DNA of 64,000 bases from Octopus vulgaris (GCA_951406725.2 OX597830.1:36270001-36334000), one strand, 5' to 3'. Shown: positions 28,644 through 43,302, counted from the stretch's first letter. The notes: generated from the sequence alone by a model not told the origin. Translations and numbers: made by a program.

Positions 28644-30275
28644 TTGGTTGTTATCTTGGTTAGAGCGATTAATGAAGGCTGGTTCTGCGCTTGAAACGAT
28701 TGCTAACTCTTAATCATTGTAAGCACTTATCAAACTGAAATGAGTTAGTAAAATTACATTTACTGCCGATGAATTGTATAAAGCTCAAATAAGGTAGTTT
28801 CTAAACTACAATATTTATTCCGTCAATTTTACTTATATTTTCTTAATAACTTGGTCTAAGTAGGGGTGGAGTCGTATTGCCTCCGATCATTTCAGCCTCT
28901 CCAATATTAGTATCTGATGCTCCGTTTGAATATCTGAAAGCCCATGTCTACAGGTAAAACATGGGCTATGAAGGAACAAGGGGTTTGATCCGGATTCTGC
29001 AAACAGAATAAATTCCGCTGCGTGAAGAATTACGATGACTGTATTTATGTTCTAATTCTGTCAGAAGTCGAGGAATATTCTAAAATATACTACAAGTATG
29101 TTTTGTAAGTAAGCAGGAAATGAAATCAATACTTAATAGTAGTATCTATCAGTTTGCTGAAATTGGAGTTTTCACAAACAAAAAGTAACAAAAATTAGCA
29201 CATTGTCATATCCGTTGATAAACCAACAGCATTGATAAACAGGAATTTCATAAGGGTGAGACTCTAATAAATAATCGCCATTTTTGCTTCCACTTTACCC
29301 GACCATGTTTCAATTACTAGTTGAATAAAACTATCTCTTGCAAGATCTATTTATTTATATTAACTTTATTCCGGATACTGCTGCCAAATCGAAACGGGAA
29401 GATGCACTATAGTGACAGAGAGCAATTTCCTGTCTACATATATAAAAGTGGTTATTTTCTGTCCCACTCCACCACAGCACCAACGCCATCACCAAACTAA
29501 CAACGCCAACACTGCAATCCTTACATCTTTTTCGACGGTCGCCACCAACAAGGAAAAACAAATAGTCGATTTCGGACGAATTAATCAAAAGATAGTACAA
29601 AAATAATTTTTACTTATAAAAGTGGGTGGTTTAAAATAATATGAAATGTAATCGAGAAAATTGGAAGAAGAAAATATTGTCATTATCTGTAGTTGTTACT
29701 GTACAATATAACGAAGCTGTTTGATTTCCTCTTTAGATTTTATGCCGGTCAGAACACTCGGACCAATTTACTTCAAAACCTTCGACACAAAGACGACCGT
29801 CATCATTGTTGTTTAAAAATAGGTGTTCTTTTTCTCTTTGCTTTTTTTTTCTCCTTTCTCACTTCTTATTCTTATTTCTCTTCTTTCTCAAGATCTTGTA
29901 TATTTTGTTGATTCTACCGCAGTACTTAATGTAAATAAGAGGCTAAGCAAAATTGTTACTTATTGCCAGAAATCTTTGCTCATAATAAACTCCTATCACA
30001 CCCGCCACACAAGCGAGATAAGTTGACTGGCTATGAATAATAAATAATTAAATATAAACATTGTTAAACAAACGGCGACCGTCATGAACTTTATCAGAAT
30101 CCGTTTTAGTCGAGAAATCACGTGTGCAATCCAATAGATGACATGTTGGTTTTCCAATGAGGTTGATTTTATTTCAGTGTAAGACATCAAAGATTATTGT
30201 TCCCCCAGTGTATGGACACATTCATTATATGTATGTATACACATGTGTACGATTCATTTAATGTGATCACATATA

Positions 30276-30312
<37 letters not shown>

Positions 30313-30445
30313 GTATATGTATATATATTTATATATATGTATGTGTATGTAAATATATATATATATGTATGTATATAAATATATATATATATATATATGT
30401 ATATGTATATATATATATGTATGTATGTATATAAATATATGTATA

Positions 30446-30499
<54 letters not shown>

Positions 30500-31107
30500 T
30501 CTTTACGTGTGCTTTTATGTATATATACATATATGAATGTAAGTATGTACGTATATATTTAAATATTATGCTGTGCGGTTGTATATGTGTACGTAGGTAG
30601 ATACAGCGTTGATTTTCGCTCTTATGTATTGATGACAGGGTAAGTAAAACAACGCCATTTTGTTAACAGCGAAACATAAGTTTTGTGTAAACGAACTGAT
30701 TTGCTGTTGACTCATTGGTACACCGTCCTTTCTAACAAGACGGACATCCAATTATACACTGTTACTAAACCGGATTCTTCGGTCGACTCTTTTCTAGGAT
30801 CTTAATATTATTGATGATGGCAATGATGATGGCGATGATGATGATGACGACGGTGACGACAGATGCTGACGATGACAGTGACGATGCTGATGCTGGTCTT
30901 AGTTCAATGTTAAATGAAATCGTATTACTACAATGTTTAATTCAACTATTGATATTTTACCGACAAACAGAGCTGTTAGTTGTTGCAGATCTTTGAATGG
31001 CAATCACTTCCTCCAAACATTTTCATTATCAAACCAAGGGATGATCCCCTTGTTATGTTCTTGATAAGATTGGCCAGGGTCACGGTTTCGGATCCTGGTC
31101 AATACTA

Positions 31108-31410
<303 letters not shown>

Positions 31411-31656
31411 ATGGATAGATATATGTCGAATCATTAAGTTACGGGGACGTAAACACACCAACACCGTTTGAAAAGCGGTGATGGGGACAAGCACAGACAC
31501 CAAACCCACTCAGAAGGCTTTGGTCAACCCGAGGCTATAGTAGATGGTGCTTGCCCAAAGTACCGCGCAGTGGGACGGAACCATGTGGTTGGAAAGCAAG
31601 TTAGTTACCACACATCCACCACTGCATCTACATATACTATATGTATATATACTTAC

Positions 31657-31767
<111 letters not shown>

Positions 31768-31834
31768 GAGGGAATATTATTCAAAACTTACAGGGAAAAA
31801 TTCAATTTAGAAATACTATATCAAATTTTACAAA

Positions 31835-31901
<67 letters not shown>

Positions 31902-31904
<3 letters not shown>

Positions 31905-32299
31905 GGAAAAAACACCATTAATCAATTCAGTAATGAAAAATTAAATTATGCCATTTAGAAAAATTACATCTTGTAGAAAGATTAAATATAAGATAAAACA
32001 TATACCAAAGATTAAGTAAGGTGCAAAATAATAAATAAAACGTATACATTTGGTAGAATAACTACATGTGTTTCGTGGCTATATTTAAGAAATGATAATA
32101 GTAAAATCACTACAATGTAAATATACTCACTCCTCAGGTTAAAGATAAAAACAATAAAATAATTAATTAGATAGATTAATAAATATACGTATATAATCTT
32201 GTAAAATACGAAATATCTTAACAAATATATTCTTGTTTAAATAAAAAAATAGAATAAAAAATAAGATACAATTGATCAAAATATTAAAAACAAATATAT

Positions 32300-32350
<51 letters not shown>

Positions 32351-32650
32351 TTATCGCCATACTAATATGGCATTCTTATAAAAATAAGAATAAAGCTGAC
32401 CGCTTATTAGCTCCATGAGGCCATCGCCTTAAGTTAGCTATTTGATACACAAACTGTATCCATATAACCTTTGAACAAGGGAGGTCAGTCGCTCCACACT
32501 ACTTGGCCGGCAGCTACAGACGCGTTTCGGGGTATTGCCCCTTTTCAATGCAGCGTAGCCAAACCAGTAGGTGTCGCTTCTGATAACTAATATTTTCCGG
32601 GAACGCTGCCGTTGTTCTCTTTTAGAGAGACTTAGTAATTTTAATATTTC

Positions 32651-32690
<40 letters not shown>

Positions 32691-33380
32691 CAAAATATAC
32701 ATTAAGTGAAAACTAAATACTATAATTCAATCTATATATATTAAACTAAATAATTTATTTATTTATTTAATAAACATCTAAATAAAATCTTATACTCATT
32801 AAGTAATTTATATTAAAAAACTTAATGTTAAGTAATACACATAATGCTAGTACAAGCTATATATATATCATAATTAAAAACAGGAAATGGTTCAAATATA
32901 TACAACCTATTATATAAACTAACTATATTATTAATATATACGTAGTATCTATAGATTTAATATTTTACTCAATTATAAAGTTGACCAAAATATCAATATT
33001 AAACTTATTTACTCAAATGTAATACTACGTAATAAATAGACCACCTAACTATTAAATAAAATATTGTCCTACAAAACTATTTCTCAAATTAAATTATATG
33101 TAATAGGTTAAATCACATTATAAAAATAATAATATACATAATAAATAAATAAATATACATATCATAACTAATAATTATCAAGAAATTATATATAAATAAA
33201 TATTTTAACAACAATAATAATAATCAAACATAATACAATTCAAAATTAATATTTTGCACATTACTTAATCATTGGTATATGTTTTATCTTATATTTAATC
33301 TTTCTATAAGATGAAATTTTTCTAAATGGTATAATTTAATTTTTTCATTATTCAATTGATAAAAGGTGGTTTTTTTTCTA
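31902..33380. mobile_element. Very AT-rich (TA)n-flanked element with about 130 bp diverged inverted ends and an internal hammerhead; probably PLE terminal repeats
   Basis: 31902-32030 is the reverse complement of 33250-33380 with scattered substitutions. Confidence 0.65.
32513..32554 (-). ncRNA. Minimal hammerhead ribozyme motif, U3:A8 variant, GUC site
   Basis: gctgca UUGAAAA gggg caata cccc GAAAC GC GUC tgtagc: all three stems close. Confidence 0.75.
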
Positions 33381-33383
33381 ATT

Positions 33384-33458
<75 letters not shown>

Positions 33459-33460
<2 letters not shown>

Positions 33461-33628
33461 GACGGGTTTTTCAGTTTCGAGTCTACCAAATTCACTCACA
33501 AGCTTTTGGACGGCTACAACCCAAAGCTACAGTAGAAAACACTTGCCTGAAGTGCCACGCATTGCGACTGAATCCAGAACCCTATGGTTGGGAAGCAACC
33601 TTCTTATCATACAGCTACGCCTGCGTCT
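33459..33628 (-). mobile_element. SINE family B, 5' half
   Basis: cgacgggtttttcagtttc...gtagaaaacacttgcc. Confidence 0.75.
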
Positions 33629-33722
33629 ATAATAGTCAAACCCCTTCAGATCGATCACATTCTTACTGTCTTAGAAAAGGAAAGAAGACGCTACATAATG
33701 TACTTCTAGATACCTCTAAGTG

Positions 33723-34030
33723 AAGGCACGTGGCTTAGTGGTTAGGGCATTCAGCTAACGATCGTGAGTTCAATTCCCGGCGATGCGTTATGTCCTTGTG
33801 CAAGATACTTTATTTCACATTGCTCTAATCCATTTATCTGGCAAAAATGTGTAGTACCTGTATTTCAAATGGCCGGCCTTTCCACACTATATGTCAGATT
33901 GAATCTCCCAGAGAACTAGCTAAGGGTACACGTATCTGTGGAGTGCTCAGCCACTTGCACGTTGATTTCATGCGCAGATTGATCGGATCGACTGGAACCC
34001 TCGTTGTCGTAACCGACGGAGTGCCAGCAG
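33723..34030 (+). mobile_element. tRNA-derived SINE family D
   Basis: A box tggcttagtgg, B box gagttcaattcc; body and tail shared with family A (tgtggagtgctcagccacttgcacgtt...gtcgtaaccgacggagtgc); (GTA)n tail. Confidence 0.8.
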
Positions 34031-34359
34031 TAGTAGTAGTAGTAGTAGTACTTGTAAATGCCAATACGGGATTATGATGGTTGGAATCATTTTGACCATA
34101 GGTCAGATTATACAAAGCTGGTCTGGGACTCACTAATGTGTAAAAAAGTTATAGCAAATGATTGTGAAAAACTATGACCATATCAGATAGAGAGATGAAG
34201 AAAATGTTGAGATCTTTCTGATATAAAGTTTTAAAATTTGTAAAGTAGGCCATGTTGAGACGCAACATTAAGTCATATTATTGTTGTTCAGATAGTACAA
34301 CCAGTAATACGATTCGGGAGACCGAGCACACGTATCTTCTACTATTATAATGTTTCTTA

Positions 34360-34773
34360 TATTTTTATTGCCCACAAGGAGCTAAACATAGAGGAGACAA
34401 ACAAGGCCAGACAAACGGATTAAGTCGATTACATCGACCCCAGTGCGTAGCTGGTACTTAATTTATCGACACCGAAAGGATGAAAGGCAAAGTCGACCTC
34501 GGCAGAGTTTGAACTCAGAACGTAGCGGCAGACGAAATACCTATTTCTTTACTACCCACAAGGGGCTAAACACAGGGGGGACGAACAAGGACAGACAAAC
34601 GGATTAAGTCGATTATATCGACCCCAGTGCGTAACTGGTACTTAATTTATCGACTCCGAAAGGATGAAAGACAAAGTCGACCTCGGCGGAATTTGAACTC
34701 AGAACGCAGCGGCAGACGAAATACGGCTACGCATTTCGCCCGGCGTGCTAACGATTCTGCCAGCTCGCCGCCT
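34360..34773 (-). mobile_element. SINE family C dimer
   Basis: Full monomer, tail, then a second monomer starting at ggtatttcgtc. Confidence 0.88.
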
Positions 34774-34949
34774 TTAATGTTTCTAATATACTAGTCACGA
34801 GGTTCGAAATTTGAGGAAGCGTCGTCTTCGAAATCAGAATGTAAAAACAAGGATGAAATATCGCAAGGCATTTTATAGACATTCTATTAATTACATACAA
34901 CCTTTAGAAATATCAAGTGATTTTTCCAAGGAATAAATGGCACTACATC

Positions 34950-35260
34950 GGTTAGAATGATGAAGGTTCCAGTTGATCCAATGAATGGAATCGCCTGCTT
35001 TTGAAATTAATGTGCAAGTGGTTGGGCACTCCACAGACACACGTAACCTTAACATAGATCTCAGGGAAATTCAGAACGACACAGAATGCGACTAAACTGG
35101 TCCTTTGAAATGTAGGTACAACTCATTTTTACTAGCTGAGTGGATTGGAAGAACGTGAAGTAAAATGTCTTAGTCAAAGACACAACGCGCGACATAGAAT
35201 CGAACTCACGACCTTACGATTGGGAGCCGAATATTCTAACGACTAGGCCACGTGCCTTTA
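34950..35260 (-). mobile_element. SINE family D
   Basis: Reverse complement homologue of 33723-34030. Confidence 0.75.
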
Positions 35261-35437
35261 CTACTTCCAAGGGATACCGAAAAACTTACGTAGCCCTTGA
35301 ACCATAAGCGTTACATGTGAAAGGTATATGACAATTACAAGCTGCTTTCAAAGATGTACGATGTCCAGTTCAGTATGACATGAGTTCAAACTAAGCTTGA
35401 AGACAAATATAGAAATAATTTTGATGTCATTCAATAG

Positions 35438-35838
35438 AGGCGTAGGAGTGGCTATGTGGTAAGTAGCTTGCTTACCAACCACATGGTTCCGGCTTCAGTT
35501 CCACTGCGTGACACCTTGGGCAAGTGTCTTCTACTATAGCCTCGGGCCGACCAAAGCCTTGTGAGTGGATTTGGTAGACGGAAACTGAAAGAAGCCCGTC
35601 GTATATATGTATGTATTTATGTATGTATGTGTACGTATGTGTGTCTGTGTTTTACTCCCCAACATCGCTTGACAACCGATGCTGGTGTGTTTACGTCCCC
35701 GTAACTTAGTGGTTCGACAAAAGAGACCGATAGAATAAGTACTGGGCTTACAAAGAATAAATCCTGCGGTCGATTTGCTCGATTAAAGGCGGTGCTCCAG
35801 CATGGCCACAGTGAAAGGAAACAAGTAAAAGAGTAAAA
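35438..35838 (+). mobile_element. SINE family B (tRNA head, CORE-like accttgggcaagt block, internal microsatellite, LINE-like tail)
   Basis: Full-length copy ending ggcggtgctccagcatggccacag...gaaacaagtaaaagagtaaaaga. Confidence 0.88.
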
Positions 35839-37282
35839 GAGAGAGAGGGGAACCAAAAAGGTTAATTTCAAATACAATTTGATCAAAATTAATTTGTTAG
35901 GATAACACCAATCTTAAACCCTCGGAGGCAGAAAAAAAGATCATGACTGAGCGAGAACTCAAACGTATGCCCCTGATCATTGTGATTTTATTTCAGTCTT
36001 TATTTTACTCGAAGCAAGCGCTGATTTTAAGAGTTATGAGGGGAAAAACTTGTAGAAGAGAAGAATCGTTTCAAATAGCTGAGAAAAGATATGTGTCACT
36101 GGCGTCATAAGTTCATGAATTCTATGGAATGTATAAGACACATCGCTGTGTGATAGGTTATGGGATAGGTCGGTATTAAATGATGATGTTCGTTACCCTG
36201 AGGGGGAGTCGACGATGCATGCCAGACAAGACAGATCACGTCCAGTCGGCCAATACCGACTATATTTTCAAACCTTATTTACAAACGTCACTAATTATTC
36301 GACATTTGAGTCGTTGAGGAAGGAAATCTGTATAAGGATTAGCCTGAGAGGCAAAACAAGCCTAATATTAGTACTTACCGTTGTACAAACATATTTTGCA
36401 ATTGAAAAACGTTGCCCGAGGGTTGGCAATTTTCTAGTTACAGCAGCGGGAGGAGACGAACTTCTAATTGCCTCTTAGTTCTGGCCACCAGCTCTTCTCA
36501 GCAGAGTTCTAATAACAACCTCAAAACCAAAATAGAATTGATTAGGTTAAGGGAATATAATTACTACATTTCTGCACCATTTCACTTATTAATTCACTAA
36601 GGCGATCGATCAAAACGTAGCGATATTAACAGCTGGAATAAAAATCACTTTTCCCAATTATATTAGTGTGTATCTTACTAAATAGTAATTAACATGTAAT
36701 TTCTTTCTGCGTCTTTCATTCTTGCAATAAACAAGCAAACTACAAGATTTTTCAACTAAGATATCCCCTGCCTCCCACACATTATCACTGTCTCTCCACC
36801 TCCTCCTTACACTCTTGTCACCTTCCATTTTACATGTTTAAGAATATATATACATATATATAAATATGTATATATATATATAATACCTATATATACATGT
36901 ATATATATACATATATATACATATATATACATACATATATATACATATATATACATACATATACATATATATATATATATATAAACATATATATATATAA
37001 ACATACTTAGCTACGTATATGTATGAATGTATTATACATTCAAGTACCTATAGAGACGTATGTGGCATGCATGAGCGTTTGTATTTATATGTATGTATAA
37101 TGTACAAGTGTGTGTGTGTGCGTGGATGTATGCATTCATGCATGTTTCCACGTATGTTTCTATACATCTGTATATGTATATATACATCTGTATATGTGCT
37201 CCTACGTATGTATTTATTTAAGTCTGTATATGTGTACGCAACATATACTCAGCTGAACAGAAACTATGTATGTTTGTATGTG

Positions 37283-37338
<56 letters not shown>

Positions 37339-37357
37339 TGTGTATATATATACACAT

Positions 37358-37405
<48 letters not shown>

Positions 37406-37415
37406 AACATTACAT

Positions 37416-37579
37416 AGGCGTAGTAGTGGTAAGTAACTTGCTTACGAACAACATGGTTACGGGTTCAGTCCCACGGTGTGGCACCTCGTGCAAGTATCTT
37501 CTACTATAGCCTTGGGCCGTCCAAAGCCTTGTGAGTGGATTTGGTAACTGGAAACTGAAAGAAGCTCGTCGTATATATG

Positions 37580-37642
<63 letters not shown>

Positions 37643-37872
37643 ATGTATGTATGTATGTATGTATGTATGTATGTATGTATGTATGTATGTATGGTTGTAT
37701 GTATGTGTATATGTTTACGTGTCTGTGTTTGTCTCCCCGACATCGCTTGACAACCGATGCTGGTGTGTTTACATCCCCGTAACGTAGCGGTTCGGTAGAA
37801 GACCGATGGAATAAGTACTAGGCTTACAAAGAATAAGTCCTGGGGTCGATTTGAAACAAGTAAAAGAGTAAA
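37416..37872 (+). mobile_element. SINE family B with expanded internal (TA)(TG)(TATG) repeat
   Basis: Homologous to 35438-35838. Confidence 0.88.
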
Positions 37873-38353
37873 TAGTATACCAGAAAATGTCAGGAGCTGA
37901 GAGAAGTAAATATATTTATTTAATCTCTTGATATACGTAGGATTACAGCCGTTTCACAGCCTTCATCATCTAATATTAATTTCTGTGTATAATATATTGT
38001 TTCTACATGTCTGCACCATTATGCACGCTACGCATGGTTCAATACAACTGTAAATTTACAAATCAATGCCGACATAGATCAGCATACCACCAAAGTTACA
38101 CAAATGCTACATAGTTTTAGTTACATATGAAGTTTTAATTACTTCATATATACAATGTATGGAAGACCGATACTAGAAAAGGTGGATCAAAAGTCACTAC
38201 GTTTGCTTGCATAAAGCAATCTGTGGGCATAATCTGTCGGCATCAAGTGTTGCACTGAGATTTTATACATCACGACCTTTTCCTTACCCTGTATTTATTT
38301 GTATGTGTGTATGCTAGTGTATATGAACATATATGTACATATACATACATGCA

Positions 38354-38393
<40 letters not shown>

Positions 38394-38553
38394 ACCATCA
38401 TCATCATCATCATTTAGCATCCTTTTGTCACTGCTGGCATGGGTTGGCCAGTTTGACTAGCGATGGTAAGCTGAGGGGCTCTATCAGACCCCAGTCTGAT
38501 TTCGCAGAGGTTCTACGGCTGGCTGCGCCAACCACTCCGAGAGTGTAATGGGT

Positions 38554-38588
<35 letters not shown>

Positions 38589-38770
38589 CACACATACATA
38601 CACATACATATATGCATATTTATGTACACACACACACATATATAGATACATATATACTCTATATTCAGATACATATACACGTATATCTATGTGCTACTAA
38701 GTGTATATTGAATACATATGTATCTATGTCTGTGTGCATATACATACATATGCATTTATAGGCATTCATG

Positions 38771-38822
<52 letters not shown>

Positions 38823-38823
38823 C

Positions 38824-38920
<97 letters not shown>

Positions 38921-39256
38921 GATACAGTGTAGCGTGAGAGAGGGGAAAATATCGTGACGAGTACGATTGAAGCACTTAGTTGTAATCCACGTCGATGCTA
39001 ACTGCATCACGTTGAAATAAGTATTTAAAATTACTTGAGGTAAGTAATTCCATTGTATTTTATCCGATGGGTAAGTCATAGGTTCGCTTCTATAGATCAT
39101 GAACATTTAACCTAGTGTATATCCAATACAGTAACAATAAATGCCGAGCTTAGTATATATTATTTTTAATAATTTCTACCGTCAATTACATATTTGATTT
39201 AAATTTTCCCGGTGCATGTTTCTGCTGCTTAGACATCTACCAATTACACTTGCATC

Positions 39257-39644
39257 GTGGAGGCGCAATGGCCCAGTGATTAGGGCAGCGGACTCGCGGT
39301 CATAGGATCGCGGTTTCGATTCCCAGACCGGGCGTTGTGAGTGTTTATTGAGCGAAAACACCTAAAAGCTCCACGAGGCTCCGGCAGGGGATGGTGGTGA
39401 TCCCTGCTGTACTCTTTCACCACAACTTTCTCTCACTCTTACTTCCTGTTTCTGTTGTACCTGTATTTCAAGGGGCCGGCCTTGTCACTCTCTGTGTCAC
39501 GCTGAATATCCCCGAGAACTACGTTAAGGGTGCACGTGTCTGTGGAGTGCTCAGCCACTTACACGTTAATTTCAAGAGCAGGCTGTTCCGTTGATTCGGA
39601 TCAACCGGAACCCTCATCGTCGTAACCGACGGAGTGCTTCCACC
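39257..39644 (+). mobile_element. tRNA-derived SINE family A (tail type 1), full length with TSD
   Basis: A/B boxes; 11 bp direct repeat ACACTTGCATC at 39246-39256 and 39645-39655. Confidence 0.92.
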
Positions 39645-39904
39645 ACACTTGCATCCAGTTACTTTCAACTAGGGACTAGCCTATGCTCCTTCATTCAAGA
39701 TCCACCCACTGAAGTGGACTGATGCGAACTAAAGCAATGTAGTTTTGGCTAGTGATATATATTCGGTGGTTGACTACAGATTTTTAGTACAAAGAAGGTG
39801 GGAGGAAAATTTGGTAATCTGATATGGTTATGAAGTTTGTTATGATGTTGACCCTCTACTGATCCTACTTAGATATATCTGTATACATACACATATATAT
39901 ATAT

Positions 39905-40124
39905 TCTTATATTCTTTTATTTGTTGCAGTCATTTGACAGCGGCCATGCTGGAGCACCGGCTTTAGTCGAACAAATTGACCGCAGGACTTATTCTTTGTA
40001 AGCTTAGTACTTATTCTACCAGTTTCTTTTGCCGAACCGCTAAGTTACGGGGACGTAAACATACCAACATTATGGTTGTCAAGCGATGGTGGGGGGACAA
40101 ACAGACAAACACAGACACACAATC

Positions 40125-40125
<1 letters not shown>
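39905..40125 (-). mobile_element. SINE family B 3' half (5' half at 43391-43457)
   Basis: Family tail; split by the PLE. Confidence 0.8.
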
Positions 40126-40167
<42 letters not shown>

Positions 40168-40171
<4 letters not shown>

Positions 40172-42294
40172 TAAGACTCACCGAGGCATTTCAAGACAAA
40201 CAAATAGAGGAGGACTCAATAGCTAGAAACAAGAGCAATTACACCCCCACCAAAGGTAAGAATAAAGCCTTAGACCGCTATTGTGACTACATAACTAATT
40301 TCCCGTTTCAATTCATCAAGAAACAAAAACACAGCCCTAACTTCAACAAAAGAGAATGGAACGACCTCATCAAAATAAGAGAAGACAAAACAATAACAAT
40401 TAAGGAGGCAGATAAGGGCAACGCGATAGTAATAATGAATACAAACAATTATAAAAATTTAGTGCTATCCCTATTAAGAGATGAAACGTATTATGAAAGG
40501 GCCCAACAGTATAACCAGCAAAAAATAATGCATAACCTTAGGACATTAATCAACACATACCAAGAAGGACTCACGAACAAGGAGTATGAATACATCACTA
40601 ACTTCAAATGCAAATCGAGTTTGTTCTATGGTATCCCTAAGGTACACAAAAGCCAAACCATTAGTGAAACGTGCAAAACATCCACCGACACACTCATCAA
40701 AATCCCTTCACCAAATGATCTTAAACTAAGACCGATAATAGCAGGACCAGCATGTGAAACTCACCGCCTCAGCAATTTCTTAGACACACTTCTTAAACCT
40801 TTCCTAAAACACATCAAAAGCTACGTAAGAGACGATATAGATATGCTCAACCACCTCCCTAAAACAGTCAATGAGAAAACCCTTCTAGTATCATTCGACG
40901 TAGTTAATCTTTATTCTAACATCCCTCACAACCTAGGAATAGAAGCGATCACCTTCTGGCTGAATAACTACCCCTTTGAACTCCCAACTCGCATAAACAA
41001 AGACCTTATAATAGAAGGACTTAGATTCATTTTAGAGAACAATTATTTTATTTTTGACAATGATTTCTACAGGCAAAGATCGGGAACAGCGATGGGCACG
41101 CGTACTGCACCATCTTTTGCCAACCTAGTGATGGGATACCTCGAGAAAATACTATACCGGATGACACTCGAGAAATATGGAAACACCTTCGCCACCTATA
41201 TCCATAACAACTGGAAAAGATACCTCGATGACTGTTTCATCATCTGGGACAAAGGTATAGAGAAACTTGAGGAATTTAAAATACTATTAAATGGAATAAA
41301 TGACAATATACAATTCACGATGGACCACAACGAAAAAGAATTACCATTTTTAGACATCCTCATTAAGAAAACCGGCAACAAAATAGAGACAGATATCTAC
41401 TATAAACCGACAGACTCTAAACAGTACCTACCCTTTGATTCATGCCACCCACGACACACTAGAATGAATGTCCCTTTTTGTTTAGCTAGAAGGATTTGCA
41501 CCATAATATCAGACACAAACACCCGACACACACGTCTCCAGGAACTTAGAACCACACTCACAAATAGAAACTATCCACAGCCCCTAATAGACAGTGCAAT
41601 CCAACGGGTACTTAAATTAAGTATAGAAGACCTGAGACAAACAAAACCAAAAAAGAAAGAACAATTAAAAACCCTTCCCTACATCTCTACACACAACCCA
41701 CTCAACAATGAGGCCTTCAACACCATACTACAAAGCACAGCCCTACTAAACGGAGACCCAAAGATGAACCGGATCCTCGAAACACACACCATCATTAAAA
41801 GTAAACGGCAACCAAAATCCTTGAAAAGGATTTTAACCCAAGCTACACTGCACTCAACATCAACCACAAAACCAGCAGTTAGAAAATGTGGAAGGCCCAA
41901 CTGCGGAATCTGTGTCATCTTGAAAGAAGGATCAGAATTTATACTGGAACAAGGCCACCAGTTCACCATTAGAACAAACTTCACCTGCGCATCAGAAAAC
42001 TTAATTTACGTCATAACATGCGCAGGCTGCAATAGGCAGTATATAGGCCATACAAAAAATAGCTTACGTAACAGGATGGCGGTGCATAAATCACAAATTA
42101 GAAACCCTGATTACCGCAAAATACCGGTCAGCGGACACATAGATAGATGTGCTGGAAATGTAAATCCGAAATTTACAACTAACCCGCTCTATAAATTCAG
42201 TGACAACGCAACCTTCACACAACGCCAAAATAAAGAACTATATTTCATAAAAAAATTTAGACCAAGTTTAAACACCCTGGGCCAGGAATACTAA
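40168..42294 (+). CDS. PLE reverse transcriptase / GIY-YIG endonuclease (no start codon, frame open to the stop)
   Basis: LRPII, LVSFDVVNLYSNI, QRSGTAMG, RYLDD, LPFLD, YYKPTD..QYL...SCHP, CGRPNCGIC linker, NLIYVITC..C..QYIGHT. Confidence 0.93.
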
Positions 42295-42462
42295 AACAAA
42301 AGATAAGTCCTCCGAAAAGGAGAAGCAAAATTCCACCACGGCCGCTACTTCAAACAGACACTCACTCTGACGGAAATATGCCTAAGTAAAAAAGGAAAAA
42401 ATTCTTTCGTGCAAATCTGACCCTGATACATACGATACAGCTAAGGGTCAGACCCGATTCTG

Positions 42463-42926
42463 ATTGGTCAACAAGTTGATGACGTCTAGCTCAGCTAGAA
42501 TGGACAGGATACAAACAGGGGACAGTCATTAGTCAGAATATTGATGACGTCCTTTTCTGCTTGAATAGTCACCTAACAAGTACAGACAGGGGGCAGATCT
42601 AATGTAGCTATAAGTCGTGATTGGGCAGAATCTGCATGACGTCCCGTTCTGCTTGACTAACGAAGCGACTGGTCAAAACAGGAAACAAACAAGAGGCAGT
42701 TATAATGCAGCGATTGGTCAAAATAATGATGACGTCCCGTTCTACTTGACTAACGAAGCGACTGGTCAAAACAGGAAACAAACAAGAGGCAGTTATAATG
42801 CAGCGATTGGTCAAAATAATGATGACGTCCCGTTCTACTTGACTAAAGCCACCTAACGAAACGATTGGTCAAAGCGTTGATGACGTCACGCTACGCTGGA
42901 TTGACCACCTAACAGGCATTATAAAA
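42463..42926 (+). promoter_or_regulatory. Array of six ATTGG-N12-TGACGTC modules plus TATA box, including a 93 bp tandem repeat
   Basis: TGACGTC at 42480, 42545, 42637, 42730, 42823 and 42881, each 12 nt after ATTGG (one ATTAG); TATAAAA at 42920. Confidence 0.7.
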
Positions 42927-43232
42927 CCGAGCACTTCACAAAAACTCATTAGAACCACCCAGCGAACATCCACCATGGGTCATCACATTTGCTTAAGGTA
43001 AAAATGAATTCCTCAATCTTCTGTATTGACCGCTTTCCACCACTTTGATCTGTTTTTTGTATTGAATACGTATCGCCACCGTGGGCCACTGCATCGAACA
43101 CTTTGAACATATACTTCAAACTATATATCAACTATACATGAACTATATATCAACTATACATGAACTCTAAGATGTCTGACTCCGTTGTGTATTATAAATG
43201 AATTTCTTGTGTTTGACGGCATGAGCTGTCTT

Positions 43233-43302
43233 TTTTTATATATAACTTTTTTGATAAAGTTCATTTCAGGAACTGAAACATGTTATAATGTATATATAAA
43301 AA
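43233..43302 (+). ncRNA. Minimal hammerhead-like motif, U3:A8 variant, at the PLE 3' end
   Basis: UUGAUAA agttc atttcag gaact GAAAC AU GUU; distal stem I tttttatatata/tatatataaaaa, weak next to the core. Confidence 0.6.

Noticed and set aside
28870-28955. Possible Tc1-like remnant (YLKAHVY)
   Set aside because: Single short motif and no TIR
39259-39332. tRNA gene
   Set aside because: The tRNA-like head continues into a repeated body and is bounded by a TSD, so it is a SINE
39976-40166. N-terminus of the 772 aa ORF
   Set aside because: Chance read-through from SINE and (TA)n sequence; not part of the PLE protein
42630-42850. CRISPR-like array
   Set aside because: Whole 93 bp units repeat with no unique spacers; eukaryotic context and no cas genes
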